Counted from the stretch's first letter, positions 11,897 through 24,649 are shown. The stretch is 64,000 nucleotides of DNA from Squalus acanthias (GCA_030390025.1 CM059425.1:164922001-164986000), one strand, 5' to 3'. The notes: generated by a model not told the origin, from the letters alone. Made by a program: numbers and translations.

Positions 11897-13045
11897 CTTG
11901 TGCCTGTCTTCTCCAGATTACATACAAGCAGTTCCCTCATGCCTGAATTATTCTAGCTCTGCACGGAGCTGCTGTGGAAGTCTAATGATGCAGTATGGAC
12001 GAGTAAGGCTTGTTGTATACATCTGCCAATCAGACATTGAGTAGTCTGAAAAGTCTACTCCAGGGGTCCTTATCCCTGGCTTGCTCACCTTTGTAGTATG
12101 GTGAGCTAATTAGCTGTAAGGCTATCTGACAAGCTTCATTTCAACTGTTTCATCCTATTTGATGTACACACCCACTGACAGCCACCTAATCATGTGAAAG
12201 AAATTCCTTGCCTGACCCAGCAGTCAAAGACTTTGCTTGTTTCAGTGTTTTGAAGCACAGATATGTGTCTGCTTAGTGGGAGTTGAACACCTCAAACTGC
12301 CTAATTACGATTACCATGAAAGCTAACATCAAACCTCTGTGTCTGCAGGAAGGAAATGAGGGGAGTTTAATAGAAATACGAAATATAACTGAGTTTCATC
12401 TGTTACTTTAAATCAAAAAATGTGCAGTGCATTTTCAGTTAGCATAATGATCGAAACTAGACACTGAATCCTTTGGCCTCGCCAAAGTAAAAAGCTTTTG
12501 TTTCAATAGCTGTCTTCTTGTTGGAAAAGCTGTTGCTGATCTGGATGAAAGCATAGACAGCATGGATCACCTCCATTTCATTCTGCACTCCAGACCTCCT
12601 GCACTAGGTCTGACTCCAGAATGAATGGTGTTTTTAAAGCCTTTCCACTCATGTCTCAAAAATACAAAATGACATCAATTTAGAAATTTCACAGCCCTGT
12701 CTGAGGGATTAGAATTTCCACAATCATTGCCTAGAATCAAACCTTGACATTGCTGAATGGGCACTGTTTATTTTGAATAGATATATGCAGCTTTTTATCA
12801 TAGAACTTCTACATTATTTTTGCAGTTGAGTATTATGAAACAAGTTTAGAGAAATGGAAACAAAACACAATATTTATTTCATAGTTTAATGTCAATAGGA
12901 TAAAACTATGATAATCTTTTTTATTTAAATTCCAAGAAAAATGCTACTCCAATCAGTCCTCATGTAATTAAATACATGATACTTTATTTAAAAAAATGCA
13001 ATAATATTGCTGATGTTGATGATCAACTATGAAATAATACTGTTC

Positions 13046-13142
13046 AAATGAAAGGTCATTAACCTGAAATGTTAACTCCGTTTCTCTCTCTACAGATGCT
13101 GCCTGACCTGCTGAGTGTTTCCAGCATTTTCTGTTTTTATTT
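13046..13142 (+). mobile_element. Solo Penelope terminal-repeat unit with 18-bp TSD
   Basis: Matches the end of the Penelope at 29811-29913; flanked by exact tatgaaataatactgttc at 13028-13045 and 13143-13160. Confidence 0.85.
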
Positions 13143-13502
13143 TATGAAATAATACTGTTCTCCATTATGTCTACAGTTACATTAACAAACCCCCTTGAAT
13201 TAACTGTCAGTTGCAATATTAGGCATCACAGATGTTGCTGTAGGAAGGCAGTCGTCTTTCTCAAAAGAGTATGCCCTATTGCACAAAAGACTATAATCCA
13301 GTCTTTCAGAGCAGAGCAGTGACTGACAAATAAGTTCTGAGTAAATGTTATGTTGCTTAGTAAGAATATGTGCTTCAGTTTCTTTATGATTTAGCCTTAG
13401 TTTCTACTTTCAAGGTCCTTAGATTTAGGTGTTCATGAAGTCAAAGATCTCATCGATGCTGACACTGGAAAATGGGACTAATTTCGACCTGTAAAAACAA
13501 TA

Positions 13503-14033
13503 GCCCCAAAAATCTGCAGGCCACGATCCTGGTGGTTATACTGAGATCACATCCACTGGAGATTGCGGGGTCAGTGGGAGAGCACCTAATTTAAATGGGA
13601 TTGGCAGTGCCATACTACTACGGGCACATATCCAGTGCCCACTTACCCCATTCAGTAGAAATACTGGCGCCTGTCCGCCATTGGGAGGGAATTGCCCAGC
13701 CCCGCCCTCCCCACCCCCAGACCCCATTGTGTGTCCCCCTCAGCTCCCTGTGTAAGGGGATTGACTTAGATTTGGGTTGTAAAAGAAAATTTGCTCCTCC
13801 TGAATCTTTCTGGTGAGGACAACTGATGCCCATCTGGAGTTCGGTACATCTCAACTCACTTGTTGTACTAGCCTCAGCTCTTACACTGGGACCCAGCTGA
13901 GCTGGCGAAATGGGAATTCCTGGCATAAGGAATCCTCAGCCCTAGGTCTGCTCCCGGACCTCGTCCCACCACCCCACCCCCACCCCCCAGAGTTAAAGCA
14001 AGAGTCCGTTAGAACCCAGAGGAAATTCAGGGC
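13503..14033. mobile_element. Probable GC-rich MITE/Harbinger-type non-autonomous element
   Basis: GC-rich island ending in gaaattcagggcc, similar to the other Harbinger termini here; left end uncertain. Confidence 0.4.
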
Positions 14034-14084
14034 CAATATGTCTAAGCCACCAGATATTGATGATAGGCATTCATCTGCCTACAG

Positions 14085-14953
14085 ATGGAGCAAACATTTC
14101 CAGAGATGACTGCACTGAGACAGAGGGCTGCACCCAGGTTGTCTGATGACACCCTCCATATGCTTGTGGAGGGAGTCAGAGCACACAGGGAGGTCCTCTT
14201 CCCTTCTGATGGGCGGAAGAGACCTCCCCAGGAGACCAAAAGAGCTTGGTTCCAAATAGCTGAGGTGGTCAACAGCAGGGATGTTGTGAGGAGGACCTAG
14301 GTGCAGTGCTGCCAAGCTTTGACAGGTTTTGCGAGCGTGATGTCTGAAATGTGCAGAGAATGGAGGAGTCCATTTCCAAAATGAGCCCCACTGTGTCGCA
14401 GGCGATGGCAACTGTAGGCTGTTCCATGGATAGGATGGCCACCTGTATGGAATGCGCCATTCACAGGAGCACACGGTCTCTATGGAGAATAGATGACTAT
14501 CTATGGAGGATAGATGGCGGAGGCTCATAGACCTCCTCTAGGAGGGATGTCAACGTAGACGTGGGTCCTCATGGCCCCACTAATGTGCAGCAAGGTGCTC
14601 TCCAGCTCCTTGCTAGCAGGGAAGTGCGGGTGGCCCATGAGAGGGATGACGGTGAGAGAGGACATGGAAGTGGGGGCTCTTCTCAAAGCGCTCTCACTTC
14701 TCCCCCGTTGCCTCCCCCTCAGTCAGAGCCCCAGATGCCTCCTCGGACTGCGATGGCCGAGTCTGCCCCTGCACAGTCGCAGGAGGAGCAGACTTTGGCG
14801 GGGCCATCAGCGGCTCCAAAACCCAGAGGACTTCCGCCAAGAGTGTATAAGCAGCCGCAGCAGGGAAGTGAGCAGGCTGCCTCTACCTCTGCTGAAGCCA
14901 CAGGGGTAGCACCTCATAGAAGCACGCGTAAGAGAAATATGACACACAAGTAG
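14085..14953 (+). pseudogene. Harbinger Myb/SANT-like DNA-binding protein, disrupted
   Basis: RAAPRLSDDTLHMLVEGVRAHREVLFPSDGRKRPPQETKRAWFQIAEVVNSRDVVRRT*VQC; convergent with the transposase. Confidence 0.8.
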
Positions 14954-15252
14954 ATTCACAAGGGTAGCCACTTGGGTGTTTTATTCAATGTTTCCGTAAA
15001 GTTTCTGTTAGTGCGACATCACACATACAAATCTTTATTTTCACCACTTTCCAATCTTGGACAAATTTATGTGCACCTTTGGAAGTGGCTTATTGAGTTG
15101 GAGTGAATGGTGAGACATAACGTTACCTCCAACAATGGTGGTCAGTGTGAAAGGATTGGCTGGTCATTGTAGGGATGCTTTATGGTGTTGCTGTGGGGTG
15201 GTGCCAACCTGGCACAGCATGTGGCAGCTATATATGGCTGTAATACATAAAG

Positions 15253-16497
15253 TTAAGTAAATCTGCCCATGATGAGCCCATCCCTGGCCTCCTGAGCAGC
15301 AATGTGGTTGGGTGCTGGTGGGATCTGGTCCACAGGTTCCTCCAGCTCCTGCTCCTCTTCGTCTTCCAGCTGATGCTCCTCCTCCTCCTGCTCCTCCTCC
15401 TCTGAAGAGGCTGTGACCTCAGTGCCTTGCTCCTCATGCAGCGCTAATCCTCGCTGCTGCGCCATGTTGTGCATGGCACAGCCGACCACGATGATTCTGG
15501 AGATCCTGGCTAGTGCGTACTGAAGGTCTCCTCCAGATCTGTCAAGGCATCTGAAGTGCATTTTCAGCATGCTTATTGTCTGCTGTATAACACATCTGGT
15601 GGAAATGTGGCTTTCATTGTATCGCTCCTCAGCCTCAGTACTTGGCCTCCTCAAGGGTGTCATGAGCCACGTCTTAAATGGATAGCCCTCGTCTCCAAGC
15701 AGCCAGCCAGAAAGTCTGTTTGGAGGAGCTGAGAGAGGGTGGACTGGCGCAGGATGAAAGAGTCATGGCAGCTGCCAGGGAATTTGGCGCACACATGCAT
15801 GATGATCTTCCTATGGTTGCAGACCAGCTGCACATTGAGGGAGTGGAAGCTGTTGCGGTTGACAAAGACTCCTGAGTTATGATGGGGGTGCCCTCATGGC
15901 CACGTGTGTGCAGTCGATGAAGCCCTGCACCTATGGGAAGCCAGCCAAAGTGGCAAAGCCGAGCGCCTGCTCAGTAATACTGGCTTCCTCAGTGGCAAAG
16001 TTAATCTAATTGACTGACTTGTCAAAGAGGGCATCAATGACCTGTGTGATGCATCTGTGGGCAGCTGACTGCGAGATGCCGCAAATGTCTGCTGCAGATC
16101 CCTGGAAGGAGCCTGAGGTGAAGAAGTTGAGGGTGCTGGTGACTTTGACAGCAACTGGTAAGGCGTGTCCACCCGCTCCTCTGGGCTGCAGGTCTTCCTC
16201 CAACAATCTGCAAATGTCTGTGATGACCTGGTGCGATAGCCTGAGCCTCCTTTGGCACTGGTGCTCAGTCACGTTGTGGAAGCTCATCCTCTGCCTGTAT
16301 ACCCTGTGTTGGGAGTATCGCCTCCAGCGCAGTGCAGCCCTGCGCTGATGCCCTCTGTCCTGTGCAGCATCAGGTGGTTGAAGAGAAGGTTGGTGGTGTT
16401 GTTGTTGGTGCTGCTGGTGTGCCTGGTGCTGCTGGTGTTGGGGCTCATCGCAGTCCGATTCTGAGGACCAGGTTGAGACAGTATAAACGGCACCCAT
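15253..16497 (-). pseudogene. PIF/Harbinger DDE transposase (HARBI1-like), disrupted
   Basis: [10 protein letters not shown]...[51 protein letters not shown]...YNESH...FRCLD...HN, acidic tail; internal stops/frameshifts. Confidence 0.92.
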
Positions 16498-17045
16498 GCT
16501 GATGCAATAGATGGCAGGTCAAGTAGAGATGACAGAAGCAATCTGTCAATGGTGAGAGAGTTCTACCAATGAGGTGACACTGGATGATGACTTTCCTGGA
16601 AACACTTGCAGCCTCTAGAAAGCTAAATCTGTGCTGGCAATGCGGTCAGCAACAGCTTCTTCCTGAGGAAAGTGATCAGCTGTGAGGTGACAGCTTTTAT
16701 TGCACTTTTCATGCTGTCAACTGATCAGCTGGATCAATGGCCACTCAACTCCCGCCTCAGGTTGACAGACGTGGTTCCCGAGCTGCATAAATCCAGTGGT
16801 CATGCAGGGAAATTTGAAAGGTAAGCTTAAAAAGGTGCTTAAGGTTATGAAAACTACCTGATCATGACTTAAATTAGGTCGCCCGCCTCTGCCGTTCGGG
16901 TCTCTGCCGCGCTGATAAACGCGCCTGAGGGAAAGGCGCATGGGGGCGGGATGACGGCAAGTTCCTGACCCGCTCCAAGATATTTCAAATTTTCCACCCG
17001 ACCCGCCTCCAATCGCGCCCGCACAGATCCCAGAAAATTCCGGCC

Positions 17046-17148
17046 ACAATGTTTGTGGTGGGGACCAAAGGCGATGGCTTCAGTCCTCCCAATGTTTAAC
17101 TGGAGGACATTGCAGCTCATCCAGGACTGAATATCGAACAAGGAGCCT
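17046..17148 (-). mobile_element. L2 fragment
   Basis: DIQSWMSCNVLQLNIGRTEAIAFGP on minus. Confidence 0.75.
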
Positions 17149-17149
17149 G

Positions 17150-17870
17150 TCAATTTTAAAGGGGGTGTAAGAACAGAGAGACCTGGGGGTGTTTGTGCAC
17201 AAATCTTTGAAGGTGGCAGGGCAGGTTAACAAAGCAGAAAATAAAGCATATGGGATCCTGGGTTTTATAAATAGAGGCACAGAGTACAAAAGCCAGGAAG
17301 TTGTGCTAAACCAATATACAACACTAGTTTGGCCCCAGCTGGAGTATTGTGTCCAATTCTGGGCACCACACTTTAGGAAGGACGTGAAGGCTTTGGAGAG
17401 GGTACAGAAGAGATTTACTAGAATGGTTCCAGGGCTGAGGGATTACAGTTACGTGGATAGACTGGAGAAGCTGGGTTTGTTCTCCTTAGAGCAGAGAAGG
17501 CTAAGAGGAGTTTTGATAGAGTTGTTTAAAATCATGAATGGTTTTGATAGAGTAAATAAGGAGAAACAGTTTCCAGTGGCTGAAGGGTTGATAACCAGAG
17601 GACACAGATTTAAGGTGATTGGCAAAAGAACCAGAGGCGACATGAGGAAAGCCTTTTTATGCAACGAGTGGTTAGGATTTGGAATGCCCTGCCTGATAGG
17701 GTGGTAGCCTTCAAAAGGAAATTGGATAAATACTTGTAGGAGAAAAAACTACAGGGATATAGGGAAAGAGCAGGGGAATGGGACTAACTGGATTACTCTT
17801 CAAAAGAGCCGGCGCAGACTCAATGGGCCACAAGGCTTCCTTCTGTGCTGTACTATTCTATGATTCTATG
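17150..17870 (+). mobile_element. CR1 3' fragment
   Basis: QLEYCVQFWAP...LEQRRLRG...TRGH; tail (attctatg)2. Confidence 0.9.
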
Positions 17871-18039
17871 AATACAGAGGAAGTGGAGGGGCTGAGAGCC
17901 TGTTCGTACTAAATTTCTCTGTATGTTTTTCTGTACCACTTAATTGTCACCTGCAGTAAAAAAAAACAGAGGAATTCAGTGGACGTGTGTTTAGTGTTTA
18001 TATGGTAACAATGCCGGTCGGAAAGTATACTCCATAACC

Positions 18040-18270
18040 TTTAATCCCGTTCTTAACCAGATTTTATCCAGCTCCTTTTTAAGAAACGATCATTGATGTA
18101 GCACTAACTACTTTTTGTGGGAGTCTGTTCCACATAACTACTACTCTGTATAGAAAAACAATTCTTATAATTTCTAGTCCCACTTGATTACACATGTCCT
18201 GTGGTTCTGCACTCACAATCCTAAATAGCTTGCTTGCATCTACATAATCTACACCTTTCAGCATCTTAAA
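18040..18270 (-). mobile_element. Old CR1 3' fragment
   Basis: RVVVMWNRLPQKVVSA motif on minus. Confidence 0.6.
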
Positions 18271-19787
18271 AACATGAAACAGTAGAGCCAGTTAAATGAT
18301 CTATCTATCCTCTTGGAGTGCCATATATTAGACTAGCCCTTGGACTATTGGATGCATATGCGGGCTTTCTGATAGTTCCTTAAAAATGTAATATTTGATA
18401 TGTAAGCCTTTTGTGGACAGACACTTTTGAAATACATGTATGTAAAGTAAGGCCGCAAAGTGTAGTTAGATGCAACAGCTTTGCTCCGATTTAATTATTA
18501 AAAAATTATTCCTATTATATTTTTCACATTTTCATACAAATGGGAACAGGTTTAAATGAACATTACACTGCAACTGCTGGTTATAGGTAATTCCTTTGGA
18601 AATGTTTAAGCCAAGTTGTAAAGTTGGCATAGATTTTGCCATCAAATATTTTTTATAATCTCAGTGAAAAACTAACAATACATGGAGCGCCGACATAATT
18701 TTAAACCATCAAATTCTTGCACAACTTGGCATTAAATTTTGGTTAAAAATTTTAAGTGCAATTTGTTGAATAAATTACAAAGATTTGATAACAAGTAAGA
18801 CACTTTGGTTGGGGATGTTGAGGGCCTTCTTGACATAAACTTTCAAATACCTGAAGGATGCATTCTGTTAAAGTGTAGAATGTTTAAAATATTGCCCTTG
18901 AAGTGTAAATTTGGAACTGCTGGTGCAGTTGCTACATAAACCCATTCATGACCTATGATGACACAAGATATGGCTGGAATCCTGCCGATGATGTATTTTG
19001 AGAGTAAATTGGCCATTGCCATTGCCTGTACCACAAAATGTTAAAATAAACATACCTTCCTGAGAATGAATGTGTTTATGTTTGTGCTGAGATATAGAGC
19101 TGAAAAAATGAGCAAAGATTCACCTTTGAACCTCTAAATGGGAAGCTCTTTATTTAGACAGACTCTTTCAATCAGCTGGTATTTATTTTCCAGCTGTCAT
19201 GGTTCTGTGGAAAGTGTTACTCGCTGTCTGATTATGTAAGAAAGGAAGACAAATATGAATTTTATCTGTATTAAAGGAGTAATTTATGGCTACCATTTCA
19301 TTTTAATTTGTAAGTACTGAAGATGATTACTCTGCATAACTATATAGCAACACTGAGATAAAGCATACATGTAACCGGAATACATTTTTGCTCTTAAGTA
19401 TATAATTTGTTTAGTATGAAATTTTAGAGACTTTTCTGAGAGCTTGTGCCATACATCAAAAAAGTGCCTGACCTTCATTTCAACCTGCCTCAAAAAAATT
19501 GATTTTCTTTAAAAACAAAGTGAGTGGGGGAGTGGAATGGTTTATTTCATTTTTGTTTCTGTTATGTTTATATATTTTGTCCATGATAGCTGATCTCCCA
19601 TGGTGTTGGTTGTGAACCTGCAATATGGCTGTGATGTTTAACTGCCAAGAGAGAGCTGTGATTAACCTGTGCTGTCCCTTTAAGGCTACTGCTCAGGTCT
19701 TCCCTTGGGGAAAAGAGGTCAATTAGAAGCTGATTATTGAGGGACGTTCTTCTAGGTTGGCAGCTGCTTTTAAATCCTCTGCTGCTG

Positions 19788-20250
19788 GCCTTGTATTTAT
19801 AGGGCATCTTTAACATAGAAAAACATCCCAAAGTTTCGCAGAGATGCTCTGCCAATGAATGGAACTAAGCAAGGGCAGTCCCACTGAGCTGGACAATGGA
19901 GAAGAGGTGTTAAGAGGAGGCTGTTGTGGTCGTGTATGCCAAAGGCTGCAGAGAGGTTGAGGAGAAAGAGGAGGAATAATGCACCATGGTCATAGTCACT
20001 CATTTTTGAATTTGGTTAGGGCTGTTTCAATGCTGTGGGAGGAGTGGAAACCAGATTGGAGAGAGTCAAACAGGGAGCAATGGGAGCGATAGGCACAGAT
20101 TTGGGGGTGAGAATGTGTTCAAGAGCTTTGAAGAGGAAACGGAGATTGGAAGTGGGGTGGTAGATTTCAAGGACAGAGGGGTAAAGAGTGGGTTTTCTGA
20201 AAGGGACTGCAACAGTACCTGGGAAAAGGGAACCATTTACAATGTCACCT
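19788..20250 (-). mobile_element. L2 fragment (tail joined to an RT piece)
   Basis: L2 tail ttgtatttatag...; LLNLSAAFG and YHPTSNLRFLFKALE motifs. Confidence 0.7.
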
Positions 20251-20476
20251 AGCATGGGTACCACTTTCCTATCCCACATACACTCACTTGTTTTTAAGGA
20301 AAATCATTTTTTTTGAGGCAGGTTTGAATGAAGTTCATCAATGTGCATGTGGGCAGCTTGGTCCCAAGCTTTTAGAGAAGGGGGAGCATTGTGGGTTTCA
20401 TTGCATGTTCGCTTTGTGCCTCCTCACAACACTTCAGCTGAGACTAGCAACTCAGCAGAAAATTCCGGCCAATATT

Positions 20477-20590
20477 AATTTGCCCTTAAATTACCAATCT
20501 TTTTTCAGTCTTTGAAGAGAGAAAAGCTTGAACAGTTCCAAACTATTACATTTAAAGACTGAAAAAAGATTGGTAATTTAAGGGCCAATT
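20477..20590. repeat. 37-bp inverted repeat with 40-bp spacer
   Basis: 20477-20513 vs 20554-20590, one mismatch. Confidence 0.95.
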
Positions 20591-20859
20591 CAACAAACTG
20601 CTCTCCCAGAACAATGTCGCTAGACGAGAACGTGGGTCAGAGAATCAAGGCTCTTGTGTTATAGCCATATCTCTGACTCATGTTCCCATCTAACAAGGCT
20701 TTGCTCTGTAAGTGTAGCCTCTCTGAATTTACTTTAATGTTCAGTATTGATTGAGAATGATTAAATTCTTGCAGTAAAAAAAAACAAAATATGAAAGACT
20801 TTCACTTTATGCAATACATCCAGAAGCATCACATCTTCATTAGCCACTCATAACTCTCG

Positions 20860-21730
20860 CCTACCCCTTTTGCAGGAGATGAGAATGCACAATAATAGGG
20901 AGGGGGACAGGACCGGTGGTAGACCAAGCCAGTTTGTGACTCTTACCCAGACAGAGGAAGAAGAACCGGAGATTAATGGGGCATGCAACACTGCCAGCAT
21001 TGTAGATGGTGAGGTTGGTGGCTCCACTGAGCAGGGTGACTGTTTCTCACTTGTACCCCTTCATCTACCACAAGCAACTGCACCTTCAGCTAACTTCAAG
21101 ACCTCAATCCAGCTTCTCATTGCCATTCTAGCTCTTCTCCCTTTCTTCTTTTCTCTAGGTCCTTCACATCACCAAGAACAATCACTGACTCTTGTGGAAG
21201 AAGGCACCTCGGAGGAAGTCATCCCTTCTGAGGATCCATCATCATGCGCTACATCCCTTGCAGACACCAGTGCAGAGATTGGCACTCCGTGTGGGGTTGA
21301 TAGCAAAGTAGAGGGGCTGGCATGTGGTGTGTCATACAGTACAAGTGAACAGGACAGTGGACAGGTACAGTCCAGTAGATGATGCATCAAATTGCGCCGA
21401 CCTTTCCTAGCTCTACTCAGCAGGACAGAGATGTGGAATTCTGTGGACCAGCCATGAAAAAGAAAATACTTGAGGCACACCAGCAAATGTATGAGGTAGT
21501 GGCAGGTCCGCCAAACACTTTGACCACACTGGCAGGAAGAATGGAGGAGTCCACTTCCAATATGTGCAGGGTGCATGGCATTTCCACTCTTCAATCTACC
21601 CTGGACCATGTGGCCACCTCAAGCGATGGTGCTTCATGTTGGGGTACAGGTCCCAGGAACATTCTGGTCCCTCAACCAAATGGTCACTCTTCATATGTGA
21701 GCTTATTCAGTGAGGTTCAGAAGGTTATTT
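20860..21730 (+). mobile_element. Remnant of a Harbinger Myb-like gene (C-terminal, intron-containing)
   Basis: Acceptor ttttgcag then EMRMHNNREGDRTGGRPSQFVTLTQTEEE (the RTGGG-type motif after the Myb domain), followed by low-complexity/coiled-coil pieces. Confidence 0.6.
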
Positions 21731-22377
21731 AACTACGGGAGAGGGGTGAAATCATATTCAAACCTGATCCTGTCCTCTTCTGACATGCACATATGCACTG
21801 TTTCTATCAGGGAGGCACTTTGGAGCTGCAGTGTTTGGCAAATACTGGGAAATGGCTGCACAACGGCTCTATTCATTCACCACCAAGATTATCTTCATAG
21901 TCTGCAGGATACTGAAAAGGAAAATGATGGTGTTGCCAGCATTGAACATGCTTTATTATGTGGATTTTCTTGTCCCAAAGCCTTCACCACTAGCAGTGCA
22001 CTGAACTCTTGTATCAACAGAAAAGTGGGCCTACAGCAAGGAGTACAGAGCCAACAATTTTTGCTGCTGTCATTGCATTTTATTGGCACCATCTGTTATT
22101 TCACTATGTCTGTTTAGTAGTGACACAAAGGTAATAGATTTTTTTTTACCAGTTTTAGCTCACTGGCAGCTGTACATGTTCCCACTAGCAAGAGATCACA
22201 GTCCAAATCCCAGCAAGTCAGGAGGAACTTTGCACACAGTGCTGACTGAAGTTCTTGGTTTAAAATTGTCCATGCAGAGAAGTAACTGAACAATTGGATT
22301 ACTTTCTAATATATCTGATTTGATAGGAGAGATTTAGCCCATTGAGGCACAAATGATGGAAAACAACCTACACACTA

Positions 22378-24557
22378 TGGCCTAGAAATTCCCTACCTTA
22401 CCATCGACCATTAACGCCGTATTTCTGCAAAAAATGACAGCCGCCTTGTTTCCACCCGCTTCTGGCGTGGGACATGATGGCCGCCATTTTGCAGAGGTCG
22501 ATAGTGCTGCCATTGCCAGCACTCACCTCTCAAATTCAAATGTGCAGATCGTGACGTCAATTGGCGTGCAATGTCTGATTTGACACACGACTGCATTTTT
22601 GGACGCCGCCGCACACCCTAACACCTTCTCCTTATCATGCACGGAAGAACGTGTGTGCGGCAGCACTGCAGAGATGCTGTCAGCGCTTCTTAAAGGGACA
22701 CACACATCTTTCAGGTAAGTTTCGATTTCAGCTTTTGGAGTTTAAAAAAATATTTTATTGGAGTAGTGGCTCAGTGCAATACATTTAAAAAGTTGTTAAA
22801 GTGTGCAGGGAGTGCTGCTGGATGCTTGCAAGGCCTCAGATGCTAAAGGAAGGCCTCTGAGAAGACAGAAAATGCTGGGAATACCCAGCAGGTCAGGCAG
22901 CATCTGTGGAGAGAGAAACAGAGTTAACGTTTCAGGTTGAGATGCTGCCTGACCTGCTGAGTAGTTGCAGCATTTTCTGTTTTTATTTCAGATTTCCAGC
23001 ATCTGCAGAATTTTGCTTGTGAGAAGACCACTTGCTCACAGTTCTGGGGGGCACATGGATATGAAGCAGAGGCAGCAATAGGGATAAGGTGCTCGCAGAG
23101 GTAAGAGGAAGAAGCAGAAGAGGAAGACCAGGAGAGGAAGAAGCGGAAGGAAGAGTGCAACCCAGACAGCCGTTTTCTGGCTGGGATATACGGGATGGAA
23201 TCATCCGCCTGCGGTATCAGTGACTACAACCCCAATTCCCCTTTCAACATTAGTCCCACGCCTTACCTTCCCTCTGTTACTGACCATCATAGCATCCTCT
23301 TGGCCACAATGCTGAAATAAAGGCCACCACAAAGCAAACTTTTCAGTCCAACTTTATCCATATATGAATCCAATATGACATCAAGAAATCAACTAATCAC
23401 CCTTGTGCATTCCCTTAGTGACTGTCTTGCATGTGCCATTGCCTATCCTAGTGAAGTCATGCAGTGCTACCCCAGTGGCTGCAGCATAGCTGGTGGAAGG
23501 CTGCTGACTTTCAGTGGGGGACACTGCAGATGGCCTTGCAGGACGGCCTCGAGGAACTGGTGGCTGGGAGTGTCAAATCGAGTGATGGTGTTTCTTCTTC
23601 TTCACTCTCCTCTCCCTCTTCTTGGTCAACCACTGACTGGGCGGGCTGCATTTCTTGAGGAAGGCACAAGGGTAGGGTTGTGGTGAGGGAAGGGCAGGAA
23701 AGCAAGAGGTGCATGCTTACACCATGTGCAGTTTGTACATCAGAAGATATTGTGGGATGGGGGGAAGGAGGATATGAGAAGGAGGATAATGTATGAGGAT
23801 GCCAGCATCTTGTATTCTTTCAGCCCATCCGCAGGCCAAGGGCTCAGGTATGTCCCTGTCAAGAATGGCCAGTACCGTCTCCTCCAAGGGGGTGAGGTGA
23901 AGCTAGGAATGTGAGGTGTGCCTCGTGTTTGGTAGAGATTGTTGGTAGGTGAGTGATGGGGTTGCAGGGTGGTCGTGCATTAAGCAGTGGGTGAGGCTAG
24001 TGGTGCAGTTGGTAGGAGACCTCACTTCCACTTTTGACCCCCTGCACATAGCTGGAGTGCTGCGTGTGAGACCCTGGGTACCCTTTCCCTGGCCTGTGAG
24101 CCATTTGTGTTAGTGCTGAAGCATTTTTAACAATTTTTAATGTGCAGAAGGCAGTTCAGCTTTAAGAGCTGAAGATTGCCTAGTTTGGAATGATTTTTAA
24201 TGTTTTTTTTTCAGAAGGTAGTTGAGCTCTAAGGGCTAGAGACTGCCTATTTTTGAATGATTTTTTTTCCAGAAGGCAGTTCCCCTTTAAGTGCTCGAGA
24301 CTGCTTTCTAAAATGAAAGCCTTGCTTTAAGAAAAGGCAGCCTCTCTCCAGGGACGCTACGGCCATGCTACATTGGGCCTCCTGCTGAGCGCACAGCCTG
24401 AAGCAACGCGTTGGTCGCTCGGTTGTGCACTGCAGTCATTCAAGTCAGCAGGCAGCACCAAAATAACGACGCTGCTTGCGATCTTTTTAAGAGCGCGAAC
24501 ATATCACGCCCCGCGGTGGCACTGCCCGTTTTCGGGCCTTATCGAATTTCTTGGCCT
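22378..24557. mobile_element. Internally deleted Harbinger element with both TIRs
   Basis: ggcctagaaattc ... gaatttcttggcc; CTA on both flanks; acidic transposase tail (+, ~23040-23220) and Myb-like remnants (-, ~23450-24110). Confidence 0.8.
22862..23018. mobile_element. Inverted pair of Penelope terminal-repeat units
   Basis: Minus copy 22862-22940 directly followed by plus copy 22941-23018. Confidence 0.85.
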
Positions 24558-24649
24558 CTATATCACTGCTTTCAGAACAATATTAAAATGATAAGAATTG
24601 CAGAATGGATTTTCAGGAGGCTTTTCTGACAGCTTAGCAAGGTAATTCA

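Larger units (their letters stand above)
14040..17045. mobile_element. Two-gene PIF/Harbinger DNA transposon
   Basis: Convergent Myb-like and transposase ORFs; right terminus agaaaattccggcc at 17032-17045; left terminus not found. Confidence 0.85.

Noticed and set aside
15253..16497. Domesticated HARBI1 gene
   Set aside because: Multiple stops and frameshifts, E->Q at the catalytic position, and a flanking TIR and Myb partner indicate a transposon fossil
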